Assembly: GCF_035299245.1 (NCBI RefSeq)
Contig: NZ_DATGWY010000019.1
Coordinates: forward strand, 42,363 to 106,362
Direction: 5' to 3'
DNA length: 64,000 bases
Origin: Flavobacterium sp.
GTDB lineage: Bacteria > Bacteroidota > Bacteroidia > Flavobacteriales > Flavobacteriaceae
Shown here: piece by piece, positions 61,529-64,000 of the stretch
Layout of the letters: the number at the start of each line of letters is the position of its first letter
Position numbering within the stretch: the stretch's first letter is position 1
The notes under the pieces: generated by a model
Seen by the model: only the letters and a program-made list of their open reading frames with translations
Told to the model about the DNA's origin: nothing
Database searches by the model: none
Position numbers and translations under genes: made by a program

Positions 61529-63439
61529 CTAACTTCTTCTTGGTCTTCTATTTTTTGCAGCTTCGAATGAACGACCTGCCGGACGATCAGAATTTCCTTC
61601 CGAACGACGTGGCGCTCTTTCTTCTCTTTGAAACGAACCTGGTTCTCTTTTTGGAGCCGAACTTTTAAATCCGCCTTCACGACTTGAACCCGAACGATCG
61701 CTTCTTGGTCCGAAACTACCGCCTCGTGAACCCGAACTTCTTTCGCCATCACGTCTTCCGCCAAAACCACCCGAACTTCTGCGTTCACCGCCCGAATTTC
61801 TTCCGTTATGGTCACGTCGTTCACGACTTCCGCCGTCATTTTTAGAAATTTCAACGTTGATACGTCTTCCGTTTAAGTCGAAACCGTTTAAGATTTCCAT
61901 TACTTTTTCAGTATGTTCTCCATCGGTATTAAAGAAAGAGAAACCTTCTTTAACATCTACTTTGAATACATCATCACGACCCAAATCAAGCGTTTCTTTT
62001 AAGAAATCTTTCAATTGCATCCAATCGAAATCGTCTCTCGCTCCAATGTTGATGAAATAACGAACCGGATCGCCTGCTCTAATTTCTCTTGGTTCAGACG
62101 AACTTCTTTCTGATTTTTCACCCGATAAATCGCGTTTCTTTTTATAGTACGAAATGAATCGATTGAACTCAACCGAGACCATTTTCTTGATCAATTCTTC
62201 TTTGGTTAAACCATCCAAAACTTCATTAATAGCCGGAAGATAGTTGTCAATTTCGTGATCTACTTCTGTATCTTTAATTTTGTTGGCTAAGTGTAACAAC
62301 TGAATTTCGCAAATTTCGATACCACTTGGGATGGTTTTCTCTTCAAATTTTTGTTTGATGATTTTTTCAATCGAATGGATTTTACGAATTTCACTTTTGG
62401 TAATAATTACTATCGAAGTTCCTAATTTACCAGCACGACCAGTACGTCCTGAACGGTGATTGTAGGTTTCAATTTCATCAGGTAATTGATAATTCACTAC
62501 GTGTGTAATGTTATCAACGTCAATTCCACGTGCCGCAACATCGGTCGCAACCAACATTTGAATTTGTCTACCTCTGAACGATTTCATCACACCATCACGT
62601 TGCGCTTGCGATAAATCGCCGTGTAACGCAGCAGCACTGTAACCGTCTTCAATTAATTTTTCAGCAACGGCTTGCGTGTCTCTTTTCGTTCTACAAAAAA
62701 CTACTGAGAAGATATCTGGGTTAGCATCCGCCAAACGTTTCAGAGCTTCATAACGATCGCGAGCGTTTACACAATAAAATTCGTGTGAAACAGTAGCTGA
62801 ACCTGAATTTTTAGTTCCAACCGTAATTTCGGCTGGATCGGCCATGAATTTCTTAGCAATACGCGCTACTTCAGCAGGCATTGTTGCCGAGAATAACCAT
62901 GTTCTTTTTTCGTCTGGAGTATCCGAAAGAATCGAAACGATGTCTTCATAAAATCCCATGTTCAACATCTCATCGGCTTCGTCCAGAATACAATAGTTGA
63001 TGTTTTTAATGTTCACAAGACCACGATTGATCATGTCTTGCATTCTTCCTGGTGTAGCCACAATAATTTGTGCTCCACGTTTTACCTCTCGGGCTTGTTC
63101 TGTTATGCTTGCACCACCGTAAACTGCAACTGTATGTAATCCTTTTACATATTTTGAGTAAAGTTTAATCTCATTTGTGATTTGTAAGCAAAGTTCGCGC
63201 GTTGGGGATAAAATTAACGCTTGCGTGCTTCGGTCTTCAGCATCAATTTTTTGAATCAGCGGAAAACCAAAAGCTGCTGTTTTCCCTGTACCTGTTTGTG
63301 CTAAAGCCACTAAGTCTGTTTCTTGTTCTAATAAAACCGGAATCGCTTTTTCTTGCACTTCTGACGGATTCTCAAATCCTAGATCTTTGATCGCCAGCAG
63401 TAACGATTCATTCAGACCTAATTGTTCAAATTTATTCAT
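61529..63439 (-). CDS. DEAD-box RNA helicase (DeaD/CsdA-like, DbpA-type domain, RG/RS-rich tail)
   Basis: AQTGTGKT, PTREL, TPGR, DEAD, SAT, DVAARGID, HRSGRTGRAG. Confidence 0.95.
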   Translation of the reverse strand: MNKFEQLGLNESLLLAIKDLGFENPSEVQEKAIPVLLEQETDLVALAQTGTGKTAAFGFPLIQKIDAEDRSTQALILSPTRELCLQITNEIKLYSKYVKGLHTVAVYGGASITEQAREVKRGAQIIVATPGRMQDMINRGLVNIKNINYCILDEADEMLNMGFYEDIVSILSDTPDEKRTWLFSATMPAEVARIAKKFMADPAEITVGTKNSGSATVSHEFYCVNARDRYEALKRLADANPDIFSVVFCRTKRDTQAVAEKLIEDGYSAAALHGDLSQAQRDGVMKSFRGRQIQMLVATDVAARGIDVDNITHVVNYQLPDEIETYNHRSGRTGRAGKLGTSIVIITKSEIRKIHSIEKIIKQKFEEKTIPSGIEICEIQLLHLANKIKDTEVDHEIDNYLPAINEVLDGLTKEELIKKMVSVEFNRFISYYKKKRDLSGEKSERSSSEPREIRAGDPVRYFINIGARDDFDWMQLKDFLKETLDLGRDDVFKVDVKEGFSFFNTDGEHTEKVMEILNGFDLNGRRINVEISKNDGGSRERRDHNGRNSGGERRSSGGFGGRRDGERSSGSRGGSFGPRSDRSGSSREGGFKSSAPKREPGSFQREERAPRRSEGNSDRPAGRSFEAAKNRRPRRS

Positions 63440-63540
63440 AAAGTATTTTAAATTGGGTGCAAAGGTAGTCTTTAAATACCATATAAACTAATTTGTTAGT
63501 TGCTGGTAATTAGAAAGTTAACTTTTGCTTAACAAAGTGG

Positions 63541-63570
63541 CTGAGTGACTGAGCAGCTGATTGACTGAGT
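63541..63570. repeat. 8-nt-period repeat (CTGAGT..)
   Basis: Reverse complement of the 50446-50480 array. Confidence 0.6.
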
Positions 63571-63640
63571 TTCTGTTAAATTTTAAGATCTTTTTGTGGG
63601 ATTTTTAGGAGCAGAAAAGTTGTCGTTCTTACCACAGTTG

Positions 63641-63705
63641 TCCCGCTTTCCGCGCTACAAGCCTACTTGTCGTCAGGCTAGGTAGCTAGCTTCAATCGGG
63701 GCTAA
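63641..63705 (+). repeat. Dispersed structured element, copy G
   Basis: TCCCGCTTTCC...TTCAATCGGGGCTAA with an internal AGCCT/AGGCT hairpin. Confidence 0.8.
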
Positions 63706-63748
63706 TGTAGACCTATATCGATACTTTGAAACTCTGTAACTTTGAAAC

Positions 63749-64000
63749 TTAGAAACTTAAAAAATCCACTAACTTACGCACGGCAATTCCGCGATGACTA
63801 ATACTTGATTTTTCTTCTATTGAAAGTTGGGCAAAAGTTTTTTCATAGCCATCGGCCACAAAAATAGGATCGTAACCAAAACCATTGGTTCCGATTTTTT
63901 CTTCGATAATTGTACCGTTGATAATTCCTGTAAAAAGATGTTGCTCACCATTTAGATTCAAACAAATTACGGTTTTGAAATTGGCTTTTCGATTCGCTTT
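63749..64000 (-). CDS. rdgB: Non-canonical purine NTP pyrophosphatase (HAM1/RdgB), 5' end outside window
   Basis: Frame open to the window edge ([16 protein letters not shown]...); [17 protein letters not shown]. Confidence 0.92.
   Translation of the reverse strand, partial: KANRKANFKTVICLNLNGEQHLFTGIINGTIIEEKIGTNGFGYDPIFVADGYEKTFAQLSIEEKSSISHRGIAVRKLVDFLSF

Noticed and set aside
61507-61854. 115-aa minus-strand ORF overlapping the helicase 3' end
   Set aside because: Alternative frame of the low-complexity RG/RS tail.

Overview
AT-rich bacterial chromosome segment, almost certainly Flavobacterium or a close relative. Evidence: gldI, pafA, two T9SS type-A CTD proteins, TAnnTTTG -7 promoter elements and no Shine-Dalgarno sequences. 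It holds about 55 CDS, mostly housekeeping: mtaB, rpmH, carB, gldI/PPIases, crcB, guaA, pyrG, yidC, mnmA, pafA, lysA, sucC, pyrD, guaB, purB, a sirtuin, an ECF sigma/anti-sigma pair, a DEAD-box helicase and rdgB. Secreted or accessory genes include a 1335-aa beta-helix T9SS protein, two fasciclin lipoproteins, an S8 protease and a P-type ATPase. I found no rRNA, tRNA, CRISPR array, transposase or integrase. The most interesting signals are non-coding. (1) The 9-mer CAACACAAC sits at the 5' end of four nucleotide-biosynthesis genes (guaA, pyrG, pyrD, purB). In the apparently leaderless guaA it lies inside codons 2-4, and guaB and carB have degenerate CAA-rich leaders, so this may be a regulon signal. 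(2) Eight copies of a dispersed structured element have a terminal stem with clear compensatory base changes and interchangeable internal hairpins; it may be Rfam Flavo-1. (3) Two of those copies lie in ~130-bp direct repeats that bracket the P-type ATPase gene like a cassette. (4) CarB lacks the C-terminal allosteric domain. (5) Many intergenic 7-9-nt-period repeats are present, several forming inverted hairpins. All calls come from reading the sequence; no searches were run.
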